Both the position numbers and the translations under genes were made by a program. Of a stretch of DNA of 64,000 nucleotides, positions 39,431 to 48,081 are shown piece by piece. Below the pieces are notes generated by a model. The model did not search any database. It had not been told where the DNA came from and saw nothing but the letters and a program-made list of their open reading frames with translations. The stretch comes from an uncultured Pelagibacteraceae bacterium (GTDB lineage: Bacteria; Pseudomonadota; Alphaproteobacteria; Pelagibacterales; Pelagibacteraceae), in NCBI GenBank assembly GCA_902524635.1, contig CABZDY010000001.1:19477-83476 (forward strand), written 5' to 3'. Every line of letters begins with the position of its first letter. Position 1 is the first letter of the stretch.

Positions 39431-40315
39431 ATGGAACAAATTAAAGGCATTTACGCAGCAGGATTGTCGGTGTTAGATAAAAATCTCGCTTTAGACGTTA
39501 AAAATACCATTAAACACGCAGAAAATGTTATTGATTTAGGTTGTCATGGAGTTGTTTTCTTCGGCAGCACTGGTCAGTCCCAACTGATATCCTTAAGTGA
39601 AAAAATTCTATTAATAAACGAGCTACCTAAAAGCAAGTACAAAAATAAATTTATAATTGGAACTGGTTTAAATTCTTTAATTGATACGATCAATTTAATG
39701 AAAATTTCGAAATCAATGGGTTTTAGTAATTTTTTAATTATGCCTCCTGCTTATTATAAATATGGTGATGAAGAGGTAATTAATTTTTATTCTAAAATAA
39801 TAAATGAAATTAATGATTGTAAGATTATTTTATATAATTTTGAAAAGCTTTGTGGATATAAATTTAGTATTCAATGTGTTGAAAATTTAGTTAAAAAATT
39901 TCCTAATCAAATCGTTGGCGTGAAAGATAGTAGCTATAATTTATTTGAAACTTTAAAAATAAAAAATTTTTCAATCTTTCCAGGATCAGAGTCAAAATTA
40001 TTGAAAGGTTTAGAGCTTGGATGCGATGGGATAATTACAGCAACTACAAATGTCACAGGTCACCTAGCTAGAGAAATTTATGATAATTTTAACAATAATT
40101 TATCACTAGAAAATAATCAAAATTTGTGTGATGTGCGAATGTCGTTTGATAAATATAACTTAATTTCAGGACTACATACTCTAATGGCACAAAAAAATTC
40201 AGTTTATGAAAACCTTTTGCCTCCATTAAAATTATTAGATGAAGCAGAGAAAAATAATCTTCTAGCAAATTTAAAGAAACTTAATTTTAATTTGGAGATA
40301 TTAAAAGCAGCATAA
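39431..40315 (+). CDS. DHDPS/N-acetylneuraminate lyase family aldolase
   Basis: GSTGQ, PPAYY, LYNF, Schiff-base GVKDSS. Confidence 0.85.
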   Translation: MEQIKGIYAAGLSVLDKNLALDVKNTIKHAENVIDLGCHGVVFFGSTGQSQLISLSEKILLINELPKSKYKNKFIIGTGLNSLIDTINLMKISKSMGFSNFLIMPPAYYKYGDEEVINFYSKIINEINDCKIILYNFEKLCGYKFSIQCVENLVKKFPNQIVGVKDSSYNLFETLKIKNFSIFPGSESKLLKGLELGCDGIITATTNVTGHLAREIYDNFNNNLSLENNQNLCDVRMSFDKYNLISGLHTLMAQKNSVYENLLPPLKLLDEAEKNNLLANLKKLNFNLEILKAA

Positions 40316-40316
40316 A

Positions 40317-41504
40317 ATGAAGTTAGTAAGTTTTTTAAATAATTTATTTAAACACGATGGTTTCCAACTAATTGACTCAGATTCAAAAAAATATGTAATT
40401 GGAAAACCTATTAAGGAAAAACCAATAGTACTTAAATTACTAGATCAAAAACTAATGCAAAAATTACTTTTATATCCTGACTTATATTTTGGTGAAGCTT
40501 ATATGGATGGATCACTAGTAATTGAGAATGGAACGATTACAGAATTTTTAGATTTAGCTTTTAAAAATATTGGTAGAGGAAATATAAATTCTTATGGAGC
40601 TGTAATAAAAAAATTGAGAGGTACTTATAGATATCTTACAAGCTTTAACAAAATAGCAAAATCTAAAGAAAACGTAGCTCATCATTATGATATATCTGAA
40701 AAACTTTATGATTTATTTTTAGATGAGAATAGACAATATTCGTGTGCGTATTTTAAAAATGATAATGATACTTTAGAACAAGCTCAAAATAATAAAATTC
40801 ATCACATAATTAAAAAATTAAATATCCAGCCAGATCAGAAGGTTTTAGATATTGGTTCGGGATGGGGAACGTTAGCTTTAGCAATCGCAAAGGAAACCAA
40901 AGCTAGTGTCACTGGCATAACATTGTCAGAAAATCAATTTGAATATAGTAAGAATAAAGCAAAAGAAATGAACCTTTCTAACCAAGTTGAGTTCAAACTT
41001 ATTGATTATCGGCAATTAAACGAAAAATTTGATAGAGTGGTAAGTGTTGGAATGTTTGAGCATGTAGGAAGAAAATTTTATAAAACATATTTCAATAAAG
41101 TCTTCAAACTCTTGAACGAAAAAGGAATAGCGTTGATACACACCATTGGTTCATCGATGCCGCCACGAGATCCACAACCATGGATACAAAAGTACATTTT
41201 TCCAGGAGGCTATACTCCTAGTTTAAGTGAAGTTGTAAACCCTATTGAGAACTCAGGTCTTATTGTGTCAGATATTGAAGTTCTCAGAATGCACTATGCT
41301 CATACCCTTAGGAATTGGAAAGAAAGATTTTTATCAAAAAAAGACATAGTTTTAGACATGTTTGATGAAAAATTTTTTAGAATGTGGGAATTTTACTTAG
41401 CTAGTTGTGAAATGGCATTTAAATGGGGGGATCAGGTTGTATTTCAGCTTCAATTATCAAAAGATAATGCCTCAGTTCCTAATACTCGGGACTATATTTA
41501 TTAA
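40317..41504 (+). CDS. cfa: Cyclopropane-fatty-acyl-phospholipid synthase family methyltransferase
   Basis: HHYD, QYSCAYF, LDIGSGWG, SVGMFEHVG, YIFPGG, RMWEFYL. Confidence 0.92.
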   Translation: MKLVSFLNNLFKHDGFQLIDSDSKKYVIGKPIKEKPIVLKLLDQKLMQKLLLYPDLYFGEAYMDGSLVIENGTITEFLDLAFKNIGRGNINSYGAVIKKLRGTYRYLTSFNKIAKSKENVAHHYDISEKLYDLFLDENRQYSCAYFKNDNDTLEQAQNNKIHHIIKKLNIQPDQKVLDIGSGWGTLALAIAKETKASVTGITLSENQFEYSKNKAKEMNLSNQVEFKLIDYRQLNEKFDRVVSVGMFEHVGRKFYKTYFNKVFKLLNEKGIALIHTIGSSMPPRDPQPWIQKYIFPGGYTPSLSEVVNPIENSGLIVSDIEVLRMHYAHTLRNWKERFLSKKDIVLDMFDEKFFRMWEFYLASCEMAFKWGDQVVFQLQLSKDNASVPNTRDYIY

Positions 41505-41534
41505 AATATTGCTGATAAATAATTAACAGTAATA

Positions 41535-42671
41535 ATGAAAAAAAATAAAAAAAGAAAAATTACAAAAATTCCATCAAAAATTAAAAAAAAAGTAAAAAAG
41601 AAAAAAATCTTCAAGGCTAAAAGAAAAAAAAATATTCAAAAAAAATTAATCCTAAAAAAAAAAATAAAAAATAATTTAATTACAAAATCAGTAAGAGTTG
41701 AAGAAAATTTAAAATCAAAATTAAACGTCAAAGTCAAATTTGATATTTTTGCAATTGATAGACGTCTATCTAAATTTTTTAATTCAATAGACAAAAAAAT
41801 CAATGAATTTAAATCTCAAAGAAAAGATGAAAAACGGAGATTAAAATTAATACAAATAGAGAAAAAAGATAAAGAAAAAGAAAAAATTAAGAACCAAAAA
41901 ATCTTACATGAAGAAAAGCAATTAAAACTAAAGGTGCTACAACTTAAGGATGAAGAAAGAATAGAAAAATTAAGAGCAAAAGACTTAAAATTATTTTTGA
42001 GAAAAGAACAAGCTCTCCTAAGAAAAGAGCAATCAGACAGACAAAAGAAATTTTTACAAGAATTAAGGATACAAAAACAGATTGAAAGATTTAGAATTAG
42101 AGAAGTAAAAGAATTAGAAAAACTTGAGAAAATTTCCTTAAAAGAAAAAAGGGAAGACTATGGAGAATTACAGCAAAGAATAGAGAATTTAAAAAATAAG
42201 TACAGACTTATAAGAGACCAAAAAATAAGAGAGAGAGTTGAGGCTCTTGGTGTAAAGACAGATGAGGCTGATGATAGATCGGCTCTCCTTCAAAAAGAGA
42301 GGGAATATAATTTAGCAAGACAGAAAATTGAGTTTGCTTTAGAAAGTTTTTATAGAAGTGCTAACAGTTTAGTTTTTCAATTAAATAAAAGATATATCAC
42401 GAGACACATGTCTATTTTTAGATGTATAGACAAAAGGTTTGAGACAGGAGAAATATTTATTAAATGGGACGAGTCCTCAGATGATGAGTGGTTAATTTTA
42501 ATATATATAAAGGATAATTCTCCTGATAAAGGAATAATAATAGAAGATAAGACAAATGAGGAAAAAAATATGTCTTATGAATTTAAAGCCAATGAAATAT
42601 TTAAAGCTTCAGACTTGATGGTTGACTCTCTTACTCAGCTTATTTCAAAGAAAAGACAAAAACAGCATTAA
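41535..42671 (+). CDS. Hypothetical protein: Lys-rich N-terminus, long charged coiled coil, C-terminal globular domain
   Basis: 378-aa ORF filling the gap; K/E/R-rich helical middle; no family recognised. Confidence 0.7.
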   Translation: MKKNKKRKITKIPSKIKKKVKKKKIFKAKRKKNIQKKLILKKKIKNNLITKSVRVEENLKSKLNVKVKFDIFAIDRRLSKFFNSIDKKINEFKSQRKDEKRRLKLIQIEKKDKEKEKIKNQKILHEEKQLKLKVLQLKDEERIEKLRAKDLKLFLRKEQALLRKEQSDRQKKFLQELRIQKQIERFRIREVKELEKLEKISLKEKREDYGELQQRIENLKNKYRLIRDQKIRERVEALGVKTDEADDRSALLQKEREYNLARQKIEFALESFYRSANSLVFQLNKRYITRHMSIFRCIDKRFETGEIFIKWDESSDDEWLILIYIKDNSPDKGIIIEDKTNEEKNMSYEFKANEIFKASDLMVDSLTQLISKKRQKQH

Positions 42672-42679
42672 GCTATTTT

Positions 42680-44104
42680 CTACTCATTTACGTAAACTGA
42701 AACACCTCTAGAATTAATGTCTACATCAAATTTTTTATGAAGAGGGGGGAAAGCTCTTTGTGAACAATCAAGTCTATCGCATGTTCTGCATGATACTCCA
42801 ATAGGTAATTCCGATTTTTTGTCACTAAGATCTAAATTTTCAGTGTATACAAATTCTTTTGCATATTTTGCTTCACAACCAAGACCTATTGATAACATAC
42901 TTTTTTTTTGTCCATATCTTCCAACACCTTTTTCTACAGTTTTTGCTATGCAAACATATTTCTCTCCATTAGTCATCTTACTAACTGCTGCTTGAATAAC
43001 ACCTGGCCTTGAAAAGGCTGAGTAAACGTTCCATCTTGGACAGGCTCCACCATATCTTGGTATCTCTATACCTGATAATGAAAATCTTTTTGAAATATTT
43101 CCAGCAACATCTACTCTTAAAAAATGAAAAGGTATTCCAGGAAGTTTTGGATCTTGTAAACATGTAACTCTATGAGCCACTTGTTCAAAAGAAGTAGCAA
43201 ATGTATTTTGTAAAAGTTCTAAATCATATTTTAATTCTTTACATTCTTTATGAAAAAGAGAGTAGGGCATTAATATTGCAGCACCACAATAATTCAAAAG
43301 TGCAACTCTTGTTAATTTTTTAGACTCTTCAGTTGGAAAATTAAAAGTTGATAGATATTCATCAATTTCTTTTGATGCACCTTCTTGTGAAATTTGTGCT
43401 GCAGCAAAAAGTTTTTTAGTTTCAAGTGAAAGATAATCAGATAATAATAATTCTTTATCTTTTACTTTATATATTTTTGAAAATGGTTTTCCTTCTTTAG
43501 GTATTACATCTTTAACAGTTATACCATATTCATCTTTTAAAAACTGACATAGTGCAATATATCTTGTTCTATTATTTTGTTTTACTTTATCAAAAATTTG
43601 ATTTGCAAATTCCTCTAATTTTGGAAAAAAATTTTTATTTTCTTGTAAAAAATCTGAGATTACTTCTCCAGGAAACGCGTTTTTTCTCCCATCAATAATT
43701 TTGCCTGAAATATTTTCCAATTTATTAAAAATTTCATGATCTTTTTGTTTGAAGTTGTCACCTAGTTTAATTAAAGCTTTGGCAATTTTGGGATTTGTAT
43801 TAACTAAATCTTTTACTTCTGGTCCAAGAATATCAAGATCCTCAAAAAGTTCATCACCCAATAATTCAGAAATATTATTTTCAAGATTTATGTCAGTTTT
43901 ACTTGTAAGATCTGAAAGCTCTATTTTAAGTTTATCACAAACCCTTAAAAGTAAGTCTCCATCAATTTTTCTTTTTCCGCTCTCTATTAGATTTAAATAG
44001 CTTGGTGAAATAGACATTTCTTCTGCTAATTTGTTAGCTTGAATTCCTAGTTGCCTTCTAAAAGCTTTGATTTTTGGACCGATTTTTGTATCAATTTGAC
44101 TCAT
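42680..44104 (-). CDS. XRE-family short-chain acyl-CoA regulator (RamB/ScfR/PrpR type)
   Basis: HTH ISPSYLNLIESGKR, SFEQVAHR, RVDVAGNISKRFS, GGACPRW, Cys cluster SCRTCDRLDCSQR; divergent from aceA; start taken at 44104 (MSQIDTK). Confidence 0.9.
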   Translation of the reverse strand: MSQIDTKIGPKIKAFRRQLGIQANKLAEEMSISPSYLNLIESGKRKIDGDLLLRVCDKLKIELSDLTSKTDINLENNISELLGDELFEDLDILGPEVKDLVNTNPKIAKALIKLGDNFKQKDHEIFNKLENISGKIIDGRKNAFPGEVISDFLQENKNFFPKLEEFANQIFDKVKQNNRTRYIALCQFLKDEYGITVKDVIPKEGKPFSKIYKVKDKELLLSDYLSLETKKLFAAAQISQEGASKEIDEYLSTFNFPTEESKKLTRVALLNYCGAAILMPYSLFHKECKELKYDLELLQNTFATSFEQVAHRVTCLQDPKLPGIPFHFLRVDVAGNISKRFSLSGIEIPRYGGACPRWNVYSAFSRPGVIQAAVSKMTNGEKYVCIAKTVEKGVGRYGQKKSMLSIGLGCEAKYAKEFVYTENLDLSDKKSELPIGVSCRTCDRLDCSQRAFPPLHKKFDVDINSRGVSVYVNE

Positions 44105-44111
44105 TTTACTA

Positions 44112-44215
44112 TTTGTAAATTTTGTAAATTTAAATTTACACAAAATTATTCGATTTTACAAGCAAAAACAATTTAATTGTAGATTTTGTAAATATTGTAA
44201 ATTATAAAGTTTACA
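44112..44215. promoter_or_regulatory. Array of TTGTAAAT/TTTACA motifs, putative operator of the RamB/ScfR-type regulator
   Basis: TTGTAAAT at 44113, 44122, 44186, 44195; TTGTAGAT at 44177; inverted TTTACA at 44135, 44155, 44210. Confidence 0.6.
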
Positions 44216-44376
44216 TGGAAAAAAACAAAATTAACAATATCGAAAATAACTACCAAATTACTAATAAAGAAGAGCATTCTGAGCACAAGTCAAAAGGTAT
44301 TTACATCAGGGACGATCATTGCGATTGGGGATCTAGCGGAATGAATGAATTTACTGAAGAATACAGCTCAAAATAG
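44215..44376 (+). CDS. Small hypothetical protein (53 aa) upstream of aceA
   Basis: Manual translation MEKNKINNIENNYQITNKEEHSEHKSKGIYIRDDHCDWGSSGMNEFTEEYSSK*; below ORF-track cutoff. Confidence 0.5.
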   Translation: MEKNKINNIENNYQITNKEEHSEHKSKGIYIRDDHCDWGSSGMNEFTEEYSSK

Positions 44377-44420
44377 CCATTAGTCATTTCTAGTCATTTA
44401 ATCAAAAGAGAGGGGTTTAA

Positions 44421-45695
44421 GTGTCAGCTGAAAATATTTCATACGATTTACAAAGATTTGCAGGGATTAAAAGAGATTATACTCCTGAAGAAGTTGAAAG
44501 ATTAAGAGGATCAATCAAAATTGAGTATTCTATGTGTAAAATGCAGTCCCAAAAGCTTTGGAAACTGCTTAATACAGAAGCTTATGTAAACACCCTTGGG
44601 TCACTTTCTGGAAATCATGCAGTGCAACACGCCAAGGCTGGTTTAAAGGCAATTTATTTAAGTGGTTGGCAAGTTGCAGCTGATGCTAACAGTGCTGGAG
44701 AAATGTATCCTGACCAATCTTTATATCCTTATGATAGTGCACCAAAATTAGTCGAGACAATGAATAATTCCCTAGTTAGAGCTGATCAAATTCAACATAT
44801 GGAAATGATAGATGGTGATATGGATAAAAGTAAGAGAACTGATTACATGTTGCCAATTATAGCAGATGGTGAAGCGGGTTTTGGTGGACCACTAAATGTA
44901 TTTGAATTAACTAAAAAATTTATTAGAGCAGGTGCTGCTGGGGTTCACTTTGAAGACCAATTAGCTAGTGAGAAAAAATGTGGTCATATGGGTGGAAAAG
45001 TTCTTGTACCAACTGGAACAATGGTTAGAAATTTAAAGGCCGCAAGACTTGCCGCTGACATTGCAGATGTGCCATTAATAATTTTAGCAAGAACAGATGC
45101 AAATGCTGCAAAGTTAATCACAAATGATTTTGATGAAAATGACAAACCATTTTTAACTGGCGAAAGATCTCCCGAGGGTTTCTTTTATGTTAAAGACGGA
45201 ATAGAGCAGGCAATTTCTAGAGGTCTTGCTTATGCACCATATGCAGATTTAATTTGGTGTGAAACTGCTACTCCAAATTTGGAAGAAGCAAAGAAATTTG
45301 CTGATGCTATACATGAAAAATTTCCTGGTAAAATGTTAGCTTATAACTGTTCTCCATCATTTAATTGGAAGAAACATTTATCTGATGAGGAAATTGGATC
45401 ATTTCAAAGAAAGATAGGAGAAATGGGATATAAATTTCAATTCATTACATTAGCTGGTTTTCACACTCAAAACATCGCAATATTTGAATTAGCAGAAAAA
45501 TATAAATCAGAGGGTATGACTGCTTATTCAAAAATTCAACAGCATGAATTTGCTAGAGAAAAAGATGGATATACAAGTGTGAAACATCAAAGAGAAGTAG
45601 GTACATCTTATTTTGATGCAGTGTCAAATACAATAAGCTCAGGCAAAAGCTCAACTACTGCAATGGAAGGCTCAACCGAGTCAGAACAGTTTTAG
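44421..45695 (+). CDS. aceA: Isocitrate lyase
   Basis: [35 protein letters not shown]; GTG start with SD GAGAGGGG. Confidence 0.97.
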   Translation: MSAENISYDLQRFAGIKRDYTPEEVERLRGSIKIEYSMCKMQSQKLWKLLNTEAYVNTLGSLSGNHAVQHAKAGLKAIYLSGWQVAADANSAGEMYPDQSLYPYDSAPKLVETMNNSLVRADQIQHMEMIDGDMDKSKRTDYMLPIIADGEAGFGGPLNVFELTKKFIRAGAAGVHFEDQLASEKKCGHMGGKVLVPTGTMVRNLKAARLAADIADVPLIILARTDANAAKLITNDFDENDKPFLTGERSPEGFFYVKDGIEQAISRGLAYAPYADLIWCETATPNLEEAKKFADAIHEKFPGKMLAYNCSPSFNWKKHLSDEEIGSFQRKIGEMGYKFQFITLAGFHTQNIAIFELAEKYKSEGMTAYSKIQQHEFAREKDGYTSVKHQREVGTSYFDAVSNTISSGKSSTTAMEGSTESEQF

Positions 45696-45706
45696 ATGAT
45701 AGATTA

Positions 45707-45997
45707 ATGTTTACTAGTGGTCTTCTTTTAATAGTAAGCTATCTTTTATTTAAATATACAGTTCAATGGATACAATATTATAATCAAACCGATCCTAGAA
45801 TGCCTGACTCAATATGGCGTTATACTTGTGATTATAAAGTTATCGGCATAAGAGATATTTGTGATCTGGATGATAAGCCATTTGTAAGACAAAGAAGGAA
45901 AAGAGATAAAATTGTTACAATAATGTATTTCATTGTGGTCCTTGCTTTTGTATTTTCTATGTATTTTATGGCGAGTTTATTAGGACTAATTCTTTAA
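45707..45997 (+). CDS. Hypothetical small membrane protein
   Basis: Two hydrophobic segments; 11 nt after aceA stop. Confidence 0.6.
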   Translation: MFTSGLLLIVSYLLFKYTVQWIQYYNQTDPRMPDSIWRYTCDYKVIGIRDICDLDDKPFVRQRRKRDKIVTIMYFIVVLAFVFSMYFMASLLGLIL

Positions 45998-46708
45998 TTT
46001 TTGAATCTGATCCCATGCTGAATTGACAGCTCTCATTTTAGCTTTGCTCTCATCTATTAATTCTTGAGGAACACCTTTACTTAATAAAAGATCAGGGTGA
46101 TGTTCTTTGCTAAGTTTAATATACCGTTTTCTTATTTCTTCGAGTGAGTCATCAGGCTTACTCTCTAAAACAATATAAGGATTAAGTTTGTCTGATGACT
46201 TTCTACTTTCTTTAATTCCGTTAATTTGAGCCTCATTTAATCCAAAAATTCTTGCTATATCTTCTATCATAATTAATTCATTGTCACTTACATGCCCGTC
46301 AGCTTCTGCAATATAAAATAAAGTATTTATTACCTCTTCTAAAATATTTAAATTACCTTTGTAAACTTCTGCAATTTGTTTTGCATATGGTTCATACCCG
46401 GTGCTTTCCTCTTTAGCTTTATTGAAAATTTTACCGACCTGATCTAACTCACTCTCAGGTATTTTTAATTTATCTTTAACAGCAATTAATTCTTCACGAC
46501 TAACTTGTCCATCTGCTTTACTTAGCTTTGCTGATAAAACAATCAAAGAGAGCGCAAATATTTGTTGAGGCTGTGCAAAAGATCTAAATCCACCACTTGA
46601 TCTGGCTCTTGATATTTTTCCGCCAATTAAGGATCCCAAAAGCATACCGAAAGGTCCACCAATAGAAAAACCCAGCATTCCACCAATTATACTTCCCCAT
46701 ATTGCCAT
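45986..46708 (-). CDS. djlA: DjlA-like co-chaperone (TM + TerB-like + J domain)
   Basis: Gly-rich N-terminal TM, KADGQVS, EADGHVS, HHPD. Confidence 0.85.
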   Translation of the reverse strand: MAIWGSIIGGMLGFSIGGPFGMLLGSLIGGKISRARSSGGFRSFAQPQQIFALSLIVLSAKLSKADGQVSREELIAVKDKLKIPESELDQVGKIFNKAKEESTGYEPYAKQIAEVYKGNLNILEEVINTLFYIAEADGHVSDNELIMIEDIARIFGLNEAQINGIKESRKSSDKLNPYIVLESKPDDSLEEIRKRYIKLSKEHHPDLLLSKGVPQELIDESKAKMRAVNSAWDQIQKLKN

Positions 46709-47394
46709 TACTCAAAACTCCTTAATCTATATTCCCAGTTACCCATTTTATTATAAGTCACTTTTAATATTAAATTATTTTCAGGATTATACCAAACATC
46801 AAATTCAAATTTTTTTTCATCAGAAAGATCTTCATCATTTGACTTAATATTAAAGTGTTCAGTTAAATATTCTTTGCCATTAATAGTAATATTTTCAGTT
46901 CCAATTAAACTTACAGTTTGTTTTTTAATACTACCAGATAAAGGACTAATTTGTTTATTAGCTTTTAAAATTTTGTGGTTCCACCAATTTCCAATTGTAC
47001 AATCTAAACTAGCTTCACCTTTATAAGATGATCCATCTATAATAAATTTATTTGTATCCTTATCATAATCTAAATTTACATATTTTTCCTTATCATTTTG
47101 AAAAGTATTTGATTTAAAAAAAACTAATTTTTCATCTTTATATTTTTCTATTGTTTCACTTAATATTGAAAAAACTGTTACGCCAAATAGCTCTACTTTG
47201 AAATTAGTATAATTTTTTACTACAAACAAATCCTTGTCCAATTCAAAGAAGTAGCTGGTGCTTCCAATAATCTCATTATTTCTTATAACATCCATCTCAA
47301 TTTTTTTAAGACCTTGATAATGACTGCTATGTGCCATCACTTTAGAAGCAAACATAATAATTATTGATACGGTTATAAAATGTTTCATTTTCAT
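46708..47394 (-). CDS. Exported hypothetical protein (DUF6134-like)
   Basis: Signal peptide, beta-rich, NWWN, VWY motifs. Confidence 0.6.
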   Translation of the reverse strand: MKMKHFITVSIIIMFASKVMAHSSHYQGLKKIEMDVIRNNEIIGSTSYFFELDKDLFVVKNYTNFKVELFGVTVFSILSETIEKYKDEKLVFFKSNTFQNDKEKYVNLDYDKDTNKFIIDGSSYKGEASLDCTIGNWWNHKILKANKQISPLSGSIKKQTVSLIGTENITINGKEYLTEHFNIKSNDEDLSDEKKFEFDVWYNPENNLILKVTYNKMGNWEYRLRSFE

Positions 47395-47433
47395 AGATTT
47401 TAGTTAAAGAAAGTATAAATAATAGCTAAATAT

Positions 47434-48081
47434 ATGTTCCTTACTATCAAAAATATTCCTAAAGTCTCATGGAGTTCTCAAGAGACTTTTAATCTAAAGC
47501 CAAAATTATCAACATTATTCTTTCTTTGTTTTGGCCTTATATTATTTGGTTTTGGCGAAGCATTAGTCGTTATTTCATTTATTGGGAATTCTCCATGGAC
47601 TGTAATGGCACAAGGAATTTCAATTAATTCAGGATTATCCATTGGAATTGTCACTTTTATAGTGAGTGTTGTTGTTTTATGTTCATGGTTTTTCTTAAAA
47701 CAAAAACCTGGTCTTGGTACCATATTCAATATTGTTATCATTGCAGCAATGTTAGATATAACAATTGCATTAATACAAACACCCGAAACTTACATTATGA
47801 AATTATTACTGGCTGCAGTTGGTGTAATGATAGTCGGGGTAGGTAGCGGTATATATTTAATTGCCAATTTAGGTCCAGGACCTAGGGACGGGTTAATGAC
47901 TGGTTTACAAAAAAAAACTAACCTACCAATTGCTGCTGTAAGATCTTTTATTGAGATTTCTGTAGCTTCAGTTGGTTGGTATTTAGGAGGAACAATCGGA
48001 ATTGGAACTTTAATGTTTGCTTTTGGAATTGGTCCTTGTATTGCTTTAAGTTTATATATTATTGAAAGAATAATGAACTAA
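47434..48081 (+). CDS. YczE/YitT-family membrane protein
   Basis: GNSPWTV..QG, PGLGT, LGPGPRDGLMTGL, GGTIGIGT. Confidence 0.85.
   Translation: MFLTIKNIPKVSWSSQETFNLKPKLSTLFFLCFGLILFGFGEALVVISFIGNSPWTVMAQGISINSGLSIGIVTFIVSVVVLCSWFFLKQKPGLGTIFNIVIIAAMLDITIALIQTPETYIMKLLLAAVGVMIVGVGSGIYLIANLGPGPRDGLMTGLQKKTNLPIAAVRSFIEISVASVGWYLGGTIGIGTLMFAFGIGPCIALSLYIIERIMN

Noticed and set aside
44105-44143. N-terminal extension of the RamB-type regulator ORF
   Set aside because: Overlaps the operator-like repeats; ATG 44104 gives a normal HTH start
44112-44210. Repeats considered as CRISPR array or replication origin
   Set aside because: Units are 8-9 bp without spacers or cas genes and do not match DnaA boxes (TTATCCACA)
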